Numbered from the stretch's first letter, positions 10,288-19,638 are shown. The stretch: 64,000 nt of DNA from an uncultured Gammaproteobacteria bacterium (GCA_964596355.1 CAZQTD010000001.1:68446-132445); one strand, 5' to 3'. Notes: a model not told the origin generated them from the letters alone. A program made the numbers and translations.

Positions 10288-11103
10288 ATGTTTTCCATCA
10301 TCATTCCGACGCTCAACGAAGAAAAGTTTTTGCCAAACCTGCTTGCGTCACTGGCGTCTCAAACGAGAAAAAATTTTGAGGTAATCATCGTTGACGGGTG
10401 TTCAACCGATGAGACTGTGCGCGTGGCGAAATCATTTCAACAGAAGTTTTCCAGATTCAAAATATTGGAAGGCGTTGCGCGGGGCGTATCGCATCAAAGA
10501 AATGAAGGAGCAAGGGTGGCAAGCGGAGAGTGGCTAATTTTTGTGGATGCCGATAGCGTCCTTCTGCCATACGCGCTTGAGCGGTTTTCTTGGTTTATCA
10601 ACGCGTATCATCCGCAACACTTTACGTCGTGGGTTAAGCCGGACAGTGAGAAAGGCGATGAGGTCATTGTTTCCATCCTTGCAAATTTTCTTATCGAAGG
10701 GGCGCAACTTCTCAAGCGTCCGTTTGCCGTCGGCGCGCTGACAGCGGTAACGCGGCCCCTGTTTGCCGCAATCGGCGGATTTGACGAATCTATTACATGG
10801 GGAGAAGATTATGATTTGACGCTGCGCATATACAAGCGAAAGATCCCGCTTTACATTATCCGCGAGACGCTCTACATATTTTCCATGAGACGGTATAGAA
10901 CGCAGGGGACGTTTCGTTGGTTTCAGACTATAGCAAAAGCCATCGTTTCCGTACTGGTAACGAAAAAAGCGCCGCGAGATATGCCCGGATACATTATGGG
11001 CGGGCATGTGTATACCGTAAAACGAACGCCGATTCAACGATCTGTGATAAAACAATTTAACGCAGGTGTACGGAAGCTCATGAAAGAATTGTTTGAATTA
11101 TAA
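10288..11103 (+). CDS. Glycosyltransferase family 2 (tandem paralog)
   Basis: SIIIPTLNEE, IVDGCSTD, FVDAD, GGFDE...EDYD. Confidence 0.92.
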   Translation: MFSIIIPTLNEEKFLPNLLASLASQTRKNFEVIIVDGCSTDETVRVAKSFQQKFSRFKILEGVARGVSHQRNEGARVASGEWLIFVDADSVLLPYALERFSWFINAYHPQHFTSWVKPDSEKGDEVIVSILANFLIEGAQLLKRPFAVGALTAVTRPLFAAIGGFDESITWGEDYDLTLRIYKRKIPLYIIRETLYIFSMRRYRTQGTFRWFQTIAKAIVSVLVTKKAPRDMPGYIMGGHVYTVKRTPIQRSVIKQFNAGVRKLMKELFEL

Positions 11104-11114
11104 CTTGTACGACA

Positions 11115-12662
11115 ATGCACATCATCGCTGATTTGCAGTTGCACTCTCGATTTTCTCGGGCCGTATCCAAGGAGATGACGATACCCACTATTGCCGCATG
11201 GGCGCGCAGGAAGGGGATTGGATTGGTGGCAACAGGCGACTGGACCCACCCGCTGTGGATGCGGGAGATTAAAGAACATTTGGAAGAGGTGGGGAATGGA
11301 TTATTGAAATTCAAGAACACGATATTAGAAACTGGAAGCAAGAAGTTGGACAATGAAGTTGGAAGTTCGACATTAGATAAACCCAAGTTACCCTCAAACA
11401 TCCAATCTCAAGATCTTATGTCCAACCTCTATCATCCACTGTCGCCATTGTTTTTGTTGGCCACTGAAATCTCATCTATTTATTCCCAAGGAGGAAAAGG
11501 CAGGAGAGTGCATACGCTCATTTGGGTTCCCACGCTTGATAGTGCGGACAAAATAAACAAGGAAATGACGCGTCAGGGATGCAATCTGATGAGCGATGGG
11601 AGGCCGATTATCGGGTTATCGTGCATTCAAGTGGCTGAACTTGTTCTTTCAATCGAGCCCAAGGCGCTTGTTATCCCGGCTCACGCGTGGACACCATGGT
11701 TCTCTGTGTTTGGTTCCATGAGCGGGTTTGACAGCTTGGAAGAGGCGTTTGGGCCGTATGCCAAGCATATTTATGCCGTGGAGACAGGATTATCGAGCAA
11801 CCCTTCGATGAATTGGCAGATAAACGAGCTTGACAGCCGCAGCATTGTTTCGTTTTCCGATGCCCACAGCGGGCCGAAGCTGGGGAGAGAGGCAACGGTG
11901 TTTGATGTTCCAAACGGGAAAGTTAGTTACGATGCAATTTTTCAAGCAATTCGCATGCCGTCGCTGGTATTTGCAAACAATAGATTAGCTCCCCCGGTGA
12001 AAGCTCGCGGCACGGCGCGTGAAGCCGCACCGCATGGCGCTGGCTCGTCGCGAAGGCAGTCCAGCATTGCCTATACCATTGAGTTTTATCCCGAGGAAGG
12101 CAAATATCACTACTCCGGCCACCGCGCGTGCAACATCCGCTGGGGGCCGACTGAAACCAAGAAAAACGGCACGACGTGCCCGGTGTGCGGCAGGCCGCTT
12201 ACCCAAGGCGTCGTGCAACGGGTGGAAGAATTGGCCGGCAGAAGCCAGGAAGAGCTGCAAATTACAAAAGACAATGTCCAAATCTCAAATTCCGATGCGG
12301 CCGTGCGGATGATCGCAAGCAAAGCGTTCCCTGATCGGCCGCCGTTTGTCATGCTCGTTCCTCTTCAAGAGATCATTGCTGAGTGTATCGGATCGCCGGT
12401 AGCTAGCCCCAAAGTGCAGATTCCATATTTCAAGCTCACTGACGCATTGGGCGGTGAATTTGCCGTTTTGCTCTATGCGTCCAAAGAAGATATTGCGAAG
12501 ATAGTCGGTGAGCGCATTGCGGCAGGGGTCGAAAAAGTTCGCGCCGGCGACATCGTCATTGACCCGGGCTACGACGGCGTGTTTGGCGTTGTCAAGCTCT
12601 GGCGCGAAGGAGAAACGCCTCCGCTTGTTGATGCTTCGAAAGAACAATTGTCAATGTTCTAA
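11115..12662 (+). CDS. Endonuclease Q family PHP-domain protein with Zn finger, carrying internal insertions
   Basis: ADLQLHSRFSRA, TGDWTHP, PAHAWTPWFS, ETGLSS, SDAHS, GKYHYSGHRAC..CPVC, PGYDGVFG. Confidence 0.88.
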   Translation: MHIIADLQLHSRFSRAVSKEMTIPTIAAWARRKGIGLVATGDWTHPLWMREIKEHLEEVGNGLLKFKNTILETGSKKLDNEVGSSTLDKPKLPSNIQSQDLMSNLYHPLSPLFLLATEISSIYSQGGKGRRVHTLIWVPTLDSADKINKEMTRQGCNLMSDGRPIIGLSCIQVAELVLSIEPKALVIPAHAWTPWFSVFGSMSGFDSLEEAFGPYAKHIYAVETGLSSNPSMNWQINELDSRSIVSFSDAHSGPKLGREATVFDVPNGKVSYDAIFQAIRMPSLVFANNRLAPPVKARGTAREAAPHGAGSSRRQSSIAYTIEFYPEEGKYHYSGHRACNIRWGPTETKKNGTTCPVCGRPLTQGVVQRVEELAGRSQEELQITKDNVQISNSDAAVRMIASKAFPDRPPFVMLVPLQEIIAECIGSPVASPKVQIPYFKLTDALGGEFAVLLYASKEDIAKIVGERIAAGVEKVRAGDIVIDPGYDGVFGVVKLWREGETPPLVDASKEQLSMF

Positions 12663-12739
12663 TTCGCCAGCTGGCGGATTCCCCATTGACGATGAAATTT
12701 TAAGCTGATAAGGTGAGTAAAGAAGGGGGGTGAAGTAAA

Positions 12740-13066
12740 ATGGCAGAAAAAGGAAATGAAAATCTCATGGGAGCGGCAAGCTACCTGTTAGGGTTCATAA
12801 CCGGAATCATTTTTCTGCTTGTTGAAAAGCAAAGCAAGTTTGTTCGATTCCATGCTATGCAGTCAACGATTCTCTTTGGCGGCATTTTTATTATTAACAT
12901 TGCCTTGGGCTTCATCCCGATTTTAGGATGGCTCTTGGGCTTATTGTTGTCTTTTGTTGCATTTATACTTTGGATAGTCTGCATGTGGAAAGCATTTCAG
13001 GGAGAGATGTACAAAGTGCCGTACGCCGGTGCCCTTGCAGAACAACAATTGGCAAAGATGAAGTAA
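12740..13066 (+). CDS. DUF4870/Tic20-like small membrane protein
   Basis: FVRFHAMQS motif, KAFQGEMYKVP C-terminus; RBS GGGGGTGA. Confidence 0.85.
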   Translation: MAEKGNENLMGAASYLLGFITGIIFLLVEKQSKFVRFHAMQSTILFGGIFIINIALGFIPILGWLLGLLLSFVAFILWIVCMWKAFQGEMYKVPYAGALAEQQLAKMK

Positions 13067-13067
13067 C

Positions 13068-13706
13068 GTGGGCTTCAAAGATCGTATTGAGGCAGGACAG
13101 TTGCTTGCCCAAAAACTTAGCCACAGCGGCGAGGAACCAAATATCGTGGTAGGGCTTGCGCGCGGAGGGCTCATTGTTGCACACCAGATAGCGCGCGCAT
13201 TGTCAATTCCCTTTGACGTTCTCGTCGTTAAAAAAATCGGCGCGCCTCACAACAGCGAATTTGCTTTGGGCGCGCTTGCTCCTGACGGCGTTCGTGAAAT
13301 ACGTTGGAGAACCGCTGCTTCTGTCGGCGCAGACGAACACTATATTGCAACTCGCCTTGCCGCGCTGTCTAAAGAAATAAAAGAAAAAACACGTCTGTAT
13401 CGCAGGGGAAGGAAGCCGCTCGTCGTGAAAGATAACGCAGTGATTTTAACAGACGATGGTATTGCAACCGGAGCGTCATTTGAAGCCGCGATCAAGTGGT
13501 GCAACGTCAAACAAGCAAAGAGTATCACAGCGGCGGTGCCGGTTATGCCGTTTGACGCAGTTGCCCGCATACGACCGAAAGTTGACCAGCTCGTCACGCT
13601 TATGACGCCGCAGAATTTTGGCGCAGTGGGGCAGTATTATGAACAGTTTGATGAAATTGAAGACACGCGCATAGTTGATCTTCTAACGGAAGGAGGAAAG
13701 GCGTGA
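13068..13706 (+). CDS. Phosphoribosyltransferase-family protein
   Basis: FKDRIEAG, LARGG, KKIGAP, DDGIATG PRPP loop, AVGQYY. Confidence 0.88.
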   Translation: MGFKDRIEAGQLLAQKLSHSGEEPNIVVGLARGGLIVAHQIARALSIPFDVLVVKKIGAPHNSEFALGALAPDGVREIRWRTAASVGADEHYIATRLAALSKEIKEKTRLYRRGRKPLVVKDNAVILTDDGIATGASFEAAIKWCNVKQAKSITAAVPVMPFDAVARIRPKVDQLVTLMTPQNFGAVGQYYEQFDEIEDTRIVDLLTEGGKA

Positions 13707-14293
13707 AAATCATTGCCGGATTGGGGAACCCGGGAGAGCAGTATCAGGATACTCGCCACAACATTGGATTTATGGTGGTAGAAAAACTATCCCGCGAACT
13801 TGCCCGTGAAGCGCTTGCATGGGAAAAAAAGCGAGAGTGGGACGCTTTAATTGCCACAATCGGCGAGGTCGTTCTTGTCAAACCCCAGACGTATATGAAT
13901 AATTCCGGCATTGCAATCCAGAATATTCTTTCCTATTACAAGCTTGACGCCAATGATCTGTGGGTTATCCACGATGACATTGATTTGCCTCTTGGGAAAA
14001 TTCGTATCCGGATGGGAGGAGCAAGCGCAGGGCACAATGGTATTGAGTCTATCATGAGGCGTGTAGGAACTGATGCGTTTGTTCGGTTTCGTCTCGGCAT
14101 CGGACGCGGAAAAGAAGCGAGCAAAAGACACACAGATCAAAACTTGCGCCACCGGTCGGTCATTCAATTTGTTCTGTCGCGTTTCAGTCAGAGCGAAGCC
14201 GGCAGTCTTAAACACTTGGTAAAACGTGGCGTCATGGCTGTAAGAATCGCTTTAACGGAAGGAATAGACAAATCAATGAATAGGTTTAACTAG
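13703..14293 (+). CDS. pth: Peptidyl-tRNA hydrolase
   Basis: GLGNPG..Y..TRHNIGF, KPQTYMNNSG, HDDID, GHNGIES, RLGIGR. Confidence 0.96.
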   Translation: MKIIAGLGNPGEQYQDTRHNIGFMVVEKLSRELAREALAWEKKREWDALIATIGEVVLVKPQTYMNNSGIAIQNILSYYKLDANDLWVIHDDIDLPLGKIRIRMGGASAGHNGIESIMRRVGTDAFVRFRLGIGRGKEASKRHTDQNLRHRSVIQFVLSRFSQSEAGSLKHLVKRGVMAVRIALTEGIDKSMNRFN

Positions 14294-14352
14294 GAACAGC
14301 GCTCCATGGTTACCCCGCCCGTGTTGCATGGGGATTCGGTATAATAAAACCA

Positions 14353-14379
14353 TGGACCATAGATCAAGTCCGGTATGAC
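14353..14379. repeat. Solitary degenerate GTCAT-type REP palindrome
   Basis: TGGACCATAGATCAAGTCCGGTATGAC resembles the GIY-YIG flank TGGATTCCGGCTCAAGGCCGGAATGAC. Confidence 0.55.
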
Positions 14380-14388
14380 ATAGAGCAT

Positions 14389-14643
14389 ATGCAGATTGTC
14401 GGCGACATACTGAAAACATTCAATCCGCTGGAGGATAAGTACATCTCGCGTGAATTTCAATCATACGGCATATACCTTGCGGAAACACTGGAGGATTATC
14501 CGCACAAATCGCTGTATATCCGGCTTGCAAAAACCGTGCCGCGGGCAATCCTTGAAAAAGCGCTGTCGTTTGTGAAGGACAGCAAGGCAAAAAGCAAGGC
14601 AAAATTGTTTATGTGGAAGATGAAGGAGCTCAAGAACGCATGA
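14389..14643 (+). CDS. Small conserved hypothetical protein
   Basis: 84-aa ORF (ISREFQ..G..LA...SLYIRLAK...LFMWK) coupled to the acylphosphatase gene. Confidence 0.75.
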   Translation: MQIVGDILKTFNPLEDKYISREFQSYGIYLAETLEDYPHKSLYIRLAKTVPRAILEKALSFVKDSKAKSKAKLFMWKMKELKNA

Positions 14644-14909
14644 AGCGCGTGCACCTTATCATATGTGGCGATGCGCAAGGGGTGGGATTTCGCATGTGGG
14701 CTTTGCGGTATGCGCAGAGCAACCATCTCGTCGGCTGGGTAAAAAATAGAGACGACGGAACTGTGGAGCTCGTCGCCGAAGGATTGAGAAGTCAGCTGGA
14801 GGAGCTTATTAAACAGTGCCAGCACGGGCCTGATGTAGCGTGGGTGACGCGTGTGGACAGTGTGTGGAGCGACGGAACAGGAGAATTTGCTACATTCCAC
14901 GTGCGGTAG
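14640..14909 (+). CDS. acyP: Acylphosphatase
   Basis: QGVGFR, GWVKNRDDGTVE, GP motifs. Confidence 0.92.
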   Translation: MKRVHLIICGDAQGVGFRMWALRYAQSNHLVGWVKNRDDGTVELVAEGLRSQLEELIKQCQHGPDVAWVTRVDSVWSDGTGEFATFHVR

Positions 14910-14939
14910 CACACGAATGTACGGTGTACAATAGACGGT

Positions 14940-15401
14940 ATGGAAATCATTGCAAACAGTATTCGCGGGAAGCCAGTGTTTTTTCTTCTGATTTCACTGG
15001 GATACATGGGTTTTGTGGGATTCATGAAGTGGAATGTTCGCCCGCCGGTTCTGTCGCTTGGATTTTTCGGCGGCGGACTATTGGGAATATATTTTTTGGA
15101 TATTGCAGAAGCGTTTTTCCGCCTATCGCCGTCGCCGTTTCGGAGCGTTTTGTTTGCCGCGGCTTTCGCTGCCGTAAGTTTCTTTATTGTGACGTCATCC
15201 GGCAGTTTGCTCGCGAGTGGTCTTGTGTTGTCGCTTTATCTTACGCTTATTCTCCGGCAGGCGGGCGAGTGGCACGTTGTGGGCAACCTAAACAGTTGGT
15301 ACCGGATGATTGCAGAACCGGTGGACGCGCGCACACAGCTTCTGGTATTCATTGGATTTATGATTCTTTTTCTAGTTGAAACGTTTTTGTTTATACGATA
15401 A
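14940..15401 (+). CDS. Hypothetical membrane protein
   Basis: 153-aa ORF with about 5 hydrophobic segments. Confidence 0.7.
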   Translation: MEIIANSIRGKPVFFLLISLGYMGFVGFMKWNVRPPVLSLGFFGGGLLGIYFLDIAEAFFRLSPSPFRSVLFAAAFAAVSFFIVTSSGSLLASGLVLSLYLTLILRQAGEWHVVGNLNSWYRMIAEPVDARTQLLVFIGFMILFLVETFLFIR

Positions 15402-15404
15402 GGT

Positions 15405-15884
15405 GTGATTCAGGAAGGTTCAAGACTTTGGCAGTATCTTTCTTACCCCATGCGCGTGTTGGCCGGCGATGGCGCGTTTCTTTTGCGTGACAGCGATATA
15501 CATCGCGACGAGGAGCCTACCGACTACTCGTATCTGGTATTTCCCTTCGCTAAGCTTTACGAAGGCTTTCTCAAGCAGCTTTTTTTAGATCTTCACATCA
15601 TTGACGAGCGGGACTATCAAAGCGAGCATTACCGCATCGGACGGGCATTGAGCCCAAATCTCAAACGCAGACTTGGAACATTAAGCGCGTATGCGCAGAT
15701 TGAAAAAAGATTCGGCAAAGGACTTGCAATGAGGCTCTGGCGCACGTGGAAAGACGGAAGAAACCTCGTCTTTCACTATTTTCCCGGCAACGACAGCGCG
15801 CTGTCGCTTGCGCGAGCCAAAGAAATTATTGCAACCATAGTTGACAGCATGGATGCCGCAATTGACCAAACGCATGTGAATTAA
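15405..15884 (+). CDS. Stand-alone RNase LS (RnlA)-like HEPN domain protein
   Basis: DYSYLVFPFAKLYEGFLK helix and Rx4H motif RNLVFH. Confidence 0.7.
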   Translation: MIQEGSRLWQYLSYPMRVLAGDGAFLLRDSDIHRDEEPTDYSYLVFPFAKLYEGFLKQLFLDLHIIDERDYQSEHYRIGRALSPNLKRRLGTLSAYAQIEKRFGKGLAMRLWRTWKDGRNLVFHYFPGNDSALSLARAKEIIATIVDSMDAAIDQTHVN

Positions 15885-15939
15885 CACTTGCGCAGGGGAT
15901 TGCTGCGGAGTATCGTAGAAGGAGGGGAGAAGGCAGTCA

Positions 15940-16596
15940 GTGAAAAAATCCATACCATCGCCACAGATGACCGTTTTCCAATTGTGGGGCTGGATTCTTT
16001 TGGCGTGGGCTCTCTACCGGTATTTTCTGAAGCTTCCGGAATGGGCAGACGAGTTCGTGGCAAAGCCGCTTGTTTTTGTTGCTCCTGTCATCTGGTACGT
16101 TCAAAAAAAGGAGAAACGCGACCTATCCTCTATTGGTCTAACCTTCAAGAATATGGTTTCCAGCATGTACATCGGCTTGGGGTTTGGCATGATTTTTGCA
16201 ATTGAAGGAGTAGTTGCTCACGCGCTCAAATACGGCACGATGGATGTGAATCCCATCGCCGCGTTTCAGAAGTACGGCTTCCTACTCATTTTGATTTCTC
16301 TGGCCACCGCGTTTTCTGAAGAGCTTCTCAATCGGGGATTTATTTTTAACAGACTGTATGAAAAGACGGGGAATCTCATGAAGGCGGCAACGCTGGGCGC
16401 CGTCATGTTTGTGTTTCTTCATATCCCCATTCTCGTGACGCTTAATAAGCTGCAGGGCTTAACGCTGGTCATGTTTTTTGTCACAGATGTGATTTTGGCC
16501 TACGCCAACAGCATGCTGTTTCTCAATACCGGATCTCTCATCGCGCCGATCCTCGTTCACGTTTTCTGGAACATGACCGTGGCGCTGTATTTGTAA
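15940..16596 (+). CDS. CPBP/Abi family intramembrane glutamic endopeptidase
   Basis: EELLNRG, F..LH, H..WN motifs. Confidence 0.9.
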   Translation: MKKSIPSPQMTVFQLWGWILLAWALYRYFLKLPEWADEFVAKPLVFVAPVIWYVQKKEKRDLSSIGLTFKNMVSSMYIGLGFGMIFAIEGVVAHALKYGTMDVNPIAAFQKYGFLLILISLATAFSEELLNRGFIFNRLYEKTGNLMKAATLGAVMFVFLHIPILVTLNKLQGLTLVMFFVTDVILAYANSMLFLNTGSLIAPILVHVFWNMTVALYL

Positions 16597-16605
16597 ACGG
16601 AGCAA

Positions 16606-16652
16606 CAAAAACCCCCGCGAAACACGCGTTTTTAACGGTTGCTACGGGGTTT
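16606..16652. terminator. Bidirectional intrinsic terminator
   Basis: AAAAACCCC(CG)...CGGGGTTT hairpin between convergent genes. Confidence 0.6.
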
Positions 16653-16653
16653 A

Positions 16654-16821
16654 TCATTTCGCCATTTGCTGGACCGGTTGTTGACACAGGCTCATGACGC
16701 GGACGACTGCGCTCCCCTGACCTAAATAATAGCCGATGATGCCGCCGAAGATGACCATCACCAATAAGACGGTGACGCTCATCATGTCCAGCTTAACCTT
16801 CGTTGTTTTCCCTTTTGCCAT
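16654..16821 (-). CDS. 55-aa single-TM protein (below ORF-track cutoff)
   Basis: MAKGKTTKVKLDMMSVTVLLVMVIFGGIIGYYLG... preceded by strong RBS AAAGGAGGTGA. Confidence 0.75.
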   Translation of the reverse strand: MAKGKTTKVKLDMMSVTVLLVMVIFGGIIGYYLGQGSAVVRVMSLCQQPVQQMAK

Positions 16822-16913
16822 AGAGTGTCACCTCCTTTCTGGTGCAGACATAGATGATACGGTCTATATCCATACTAACAATACGTAGGCGAGACGGTCA
16901 AGAGTGAAGGCCG

Positions 16914-17534
16914 TTATTGCGGCAGGACTTCGTTGACGGCAGTGAGAAGATCGGTAAACGATGTCAGTTCAAGTTTTTTACCGTTGAGGAAAAACGTCGG
17001 TGTGGCATTGACGCCGAAACGGCTCCCAGCGGCAACATCTGACAGCACCGCGTCTCGGTATGTTCCGGAGGCGAGCTCTTGAGTAAATTTGGCCTCGTCC
17101 AGTCCCAGTTCCTTGGCAAGCGCGGGAAACAACGTATCGTCAATTTTCTCCTGATTGGCAAACAGAAGCGCCGCGTATTCCCAGAATTTCCCTTGGGCGG
17201 CTGCTGCTTCTGCCGCCTCGGCGGCTTTTTGGGCGAAGGGATAGCGGCCCAGCGGGAAGTGGCGGTAAGCAACAAACACCCGATCGTTATATGTACGTAT
17301 GATCTGTTCAACAATAGGTTGAGCGGCTTTACACGCCGGACACTGAAAGTCAGAGAATTCCACAAGATACACCGACGCCTGACGGTTGCCTGTGGTGTGC
17401 GCCGAAGCGGGAACAAGATCATCTCTTGTAAATTGGGGCGCGGGTTTGGTAAACACTACCGCGGCAATGCCGATGATGACAATGGTGGCGGCGACAATAG
17501 CAAGGAGCACTTTTGATTCGTTCGTCAGCTTCAT
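16914..17534 (-). CDS. dsbA: DsbA-family thiol:disulfide oxidoreductase
   Basis: N-terminal TM, EFSDFQCPAC, YRHFPL, GVNATPTFFLNG. Confidence 0.92.
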   Translation of the reverse strand: MKLTNESKVLLAIVAATIVIIGIAAVVFTKPAPQFTRDDLVPASAHTTGNRQASVYLVEFSDFQCPACKAAQPIVEQIIRTYNDRVFVAYRHFPLGRYPFAQKAAEAAEAAAAQGKFWEYAALLFANQEKIDDTLFPALAKELGLDEAKFTQELASGTYRDAVLSDVAAGSRFGVNATPTFFLNGKKLELTSFTDLLTAVNEVLPQ

Positions 17535-18002
17535 TCACTCCTCCAGCTGGGTGCGCGGCGGATTACGGGTCAGCATCATGCTTCGTACGGTGAGTACAAA
17601 CAGTACTACCATATTTACTGCCGAAAGAACGCACCATGTACAGACGCCTTTGATAAGAAATACTTCAGTATAGGTAAACCACGCGACGAATCCTACGCCA
17701 AAGACGGTTATCCCCAGCATTGCTTTTAAAAGATTCCTGTTATCGCTCGTTGTGCGAAGAAAAGCCAACGCGGCAAGCGCGCTATAGCCAACGAGCCCGA
17801 TCGCCGGTACCGGAATGCCCATGGGGTAGGAAAGGGGGCTTTTGCGCACGAGCGCGCACCCCTCGCCGGTTAAGCACACGACCTGGGACTGCCGTAAGAA
17901 ACTTTGGAGGACGTAGGCGGCCATTGCGATGCCTACGATTGCAAGGATGAATATCACGCGATTGAGGAGCTTGATTGTGTCCGGTGTTTTGTCTTCGAGC
18001 AT
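17535..18002 (-). CDS. Vitamin K epoxide reductase (VKOR) family protein
   Basis: C-x5-C loop (CLTGEGC), CTWC active site, 4 TM; adjacent to dsbA. Confidence 0.9.
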   Translation of the reverse strand: MLEDKTPDTIKLLNRVIFILAIVGIAMAAYVLQSFLRQSQVVCLTGEGCALVRKSPLSYPMGIPVPAIGLVGYSALAALAFLRTTSDNRNLLKAMLGITVFGVGFVAWFTYTEVFLIKGVCTWCVLSAVNMVVLFVLTVRSMMLTRNPPRTQLEE

Positions 18003-18096
18003 AAATGTCTTTGCACAATACATCACCTTGGGATGATTTTCAATATGTGAGTTGGTCTGCGCTGTGACTGTATGGTATAGTACAAATCAGCGAGGT

Positions 18097-18756
18097 ATGA
18101 TATCCAATCCCAAAAAGATCGTCGAGGAATTTTTTGCTCACTACTCGTTCGTTCTCTACAAAAAAGGCGAAACTATTATTCGCGCAGAAGACCAGCCGCC
18201 GGGCGTGTTTTACCTGAAGAAGGGCTTCGTGCGCATGTCTTTGCTTTCTGAAAAGGGTGAATTTTTGATACTTCACATCTTTAAGCCCGGATCGTTTTTT
18301 CCCATGACGTGGGTGGTCAACAACACGCCAAACCGATACTATTTTGAAGCCCTCACGGTGGCAGAACTTTACCGCGCGCCCAAGCAAGATGTCCTTGCGT
18401 TTCTTTCGCGGCATCCGGAAGTACTTTTTGACGTCGGCGGAAGAATTTTAGCAGGAGTCAGCGGGATGCTTGCCCGTTTGGAACAGCTGGTACTGGAGAA
18501 TGCGTATGCCAAAACACTGCTCCTTCTTCTTTATTACGCCAGACAATTTGGAACCAAAACACACGGCAGTGTCACTTTAACTGTACCTTTGACGCACCGC
18601 GAGGTCGCGGCGTGGATCGGAACCACGCGGGAAACGGCTAGTCTGCAGATTGAGGCGCTCAAGCACAAGAGGGTCATCTCGTATAAAGGACGTCAGCTTG
18701 TGATCAACGACGTTGCCAAACTTGAAGAAGAGCTTGGCAACGGGTCTATCCATTGA
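18097..18756 (+). CDS. Crp/Fnr family transcriptional regulator
   Basis: cNMP-binding fold plus LTHREVAAWIGTTRETAS HTH. Confidence 0.92.
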   Translation: MISNPKKIVEEFFAHYSFVLYKKGETIIRAEDQPPGVFYLKKGFVRMSLLSEKGEFLILHIFKPGSFFPMTWVVNNTPNRYYFEALTVAELYRAPKQDVLAFLSRHPEVLFDVGGRILAGVSGMLARLEQLVLENAYAKTLLLLLYYARQFGTKTHGSVTLTVPLTHREVAAWIGTTRETASLQIEALKHKRVISYKGRQLVINDVAKLEEELGNGSIH

Positions 18757-18820
18757 CTGTTCCTGCCTCCTTTATTTTTGTTATGTACATTACAAAATAC
18801 ATATGGTAGTGTAATAGTAT

Positions 18821-19309
18821 ATGAACAAAATCCTTCCTGTTTTTGTACTGGTTGTTGTGGGTTTGGGTCTCGGGTGGTATGCCTTGAAAGGGCAAACACG
18901 CGTTCCCGCTACGAGGAGTGAATCGATGGTGGAAGAGGCGGCGACTGGCCCTTCGGGCATGATGGAGGAAACCGACGAAGCCATGATAAAACAGGGCGAA
19001 ACCAAAGAGTTTACGCTGGATTCCTTTGAGTTTGGGTATGACCAGAAGACGCTGACAGTTGCCGCGGGCGACACGGTAACCATTACGCTCACAAATAGCG
19101 GCACAATGGTGCATGACTGGGTGGTCGATGAATTTAACGCGCGGACGAAACGAATTAAAAACGGCGAAACCGATTCAGTGACGTTTGTCGCAGACAAAGC
19201 AGGAACTTACGAATTTTACTGCAGCGTGGGCAACCACCGCGCACAGGGCATGGTGGGGAAGCTCATCGTGGAGCAGGCAATGAAGGATGAGTCGGGCAAC
19301 AAGGACTAG
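18821..19309 (+). CDS. Membrane-anchored cupredoxin/plastocyanin-like protein
   Basis: N-terminal TM; H...YCSVGNHRAQGM type-1 Cu ligands. Confidence 0.9.
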   Translation: MNKILPVFVLVVVGLGLGWYALKGQTRVPATRSESMVEEAATGPSGMMEETDEAMIKQGETKEFTLDSFEFGYDQKTLTVAAGDTVTITLTNSGTMVHDWVVDEFNARTKRIKNGETDSVTFVADKAGTYEFYCSVGNHRAQGMVGKLIVEQAMKDESGNKD

Positions 19310-19629
19310 AAGGAATAGAATATTATAGGAAAGTTACCGATTCTATCGTTCTTTACAACAATACCTTCTTTTGAAAGAAAAGCAATTTTCTTTTTGATTT
19401 CCCGACCTCTGGTCCTCCCCATGAATCCGCCGATCGTGCCGTCGCTGGCTACGACCCGATGGCAAGGGGTATGCGGCCCGTCAGGATTTCGTTTGAGGAT
19501 CTGGCCGATACGCCGGTATGCTTTCACCCCAAGCGCGTCACCCAGCGCTTTGTACGTCGTCACGCGGCCCCTGGGGACGGTTTTTAGAAGCGCGTACACG
19601 CGGTCGGCGAGCGTTGGAGTAAACGTCAT
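19306..19629 (-). CDS. Methylated-DNA--protein-cysteine methyltransferase (MGMT family)
   Basis: PRGRVTTY, PCHRVV active site. Confidence 0.9.
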   Translation of the reverse strand: MTFTPTLADRVYALLKTVPRGRVTTYKALGDALGVKAYRRIGQILKRNPDGPHTPCHRVVASDGTIGGFMGRTRGREIKKKIAFLSKEGIVVKNDRIGNFPIIFYSF

Positions 19630-19638
19630 AGCATTCCA

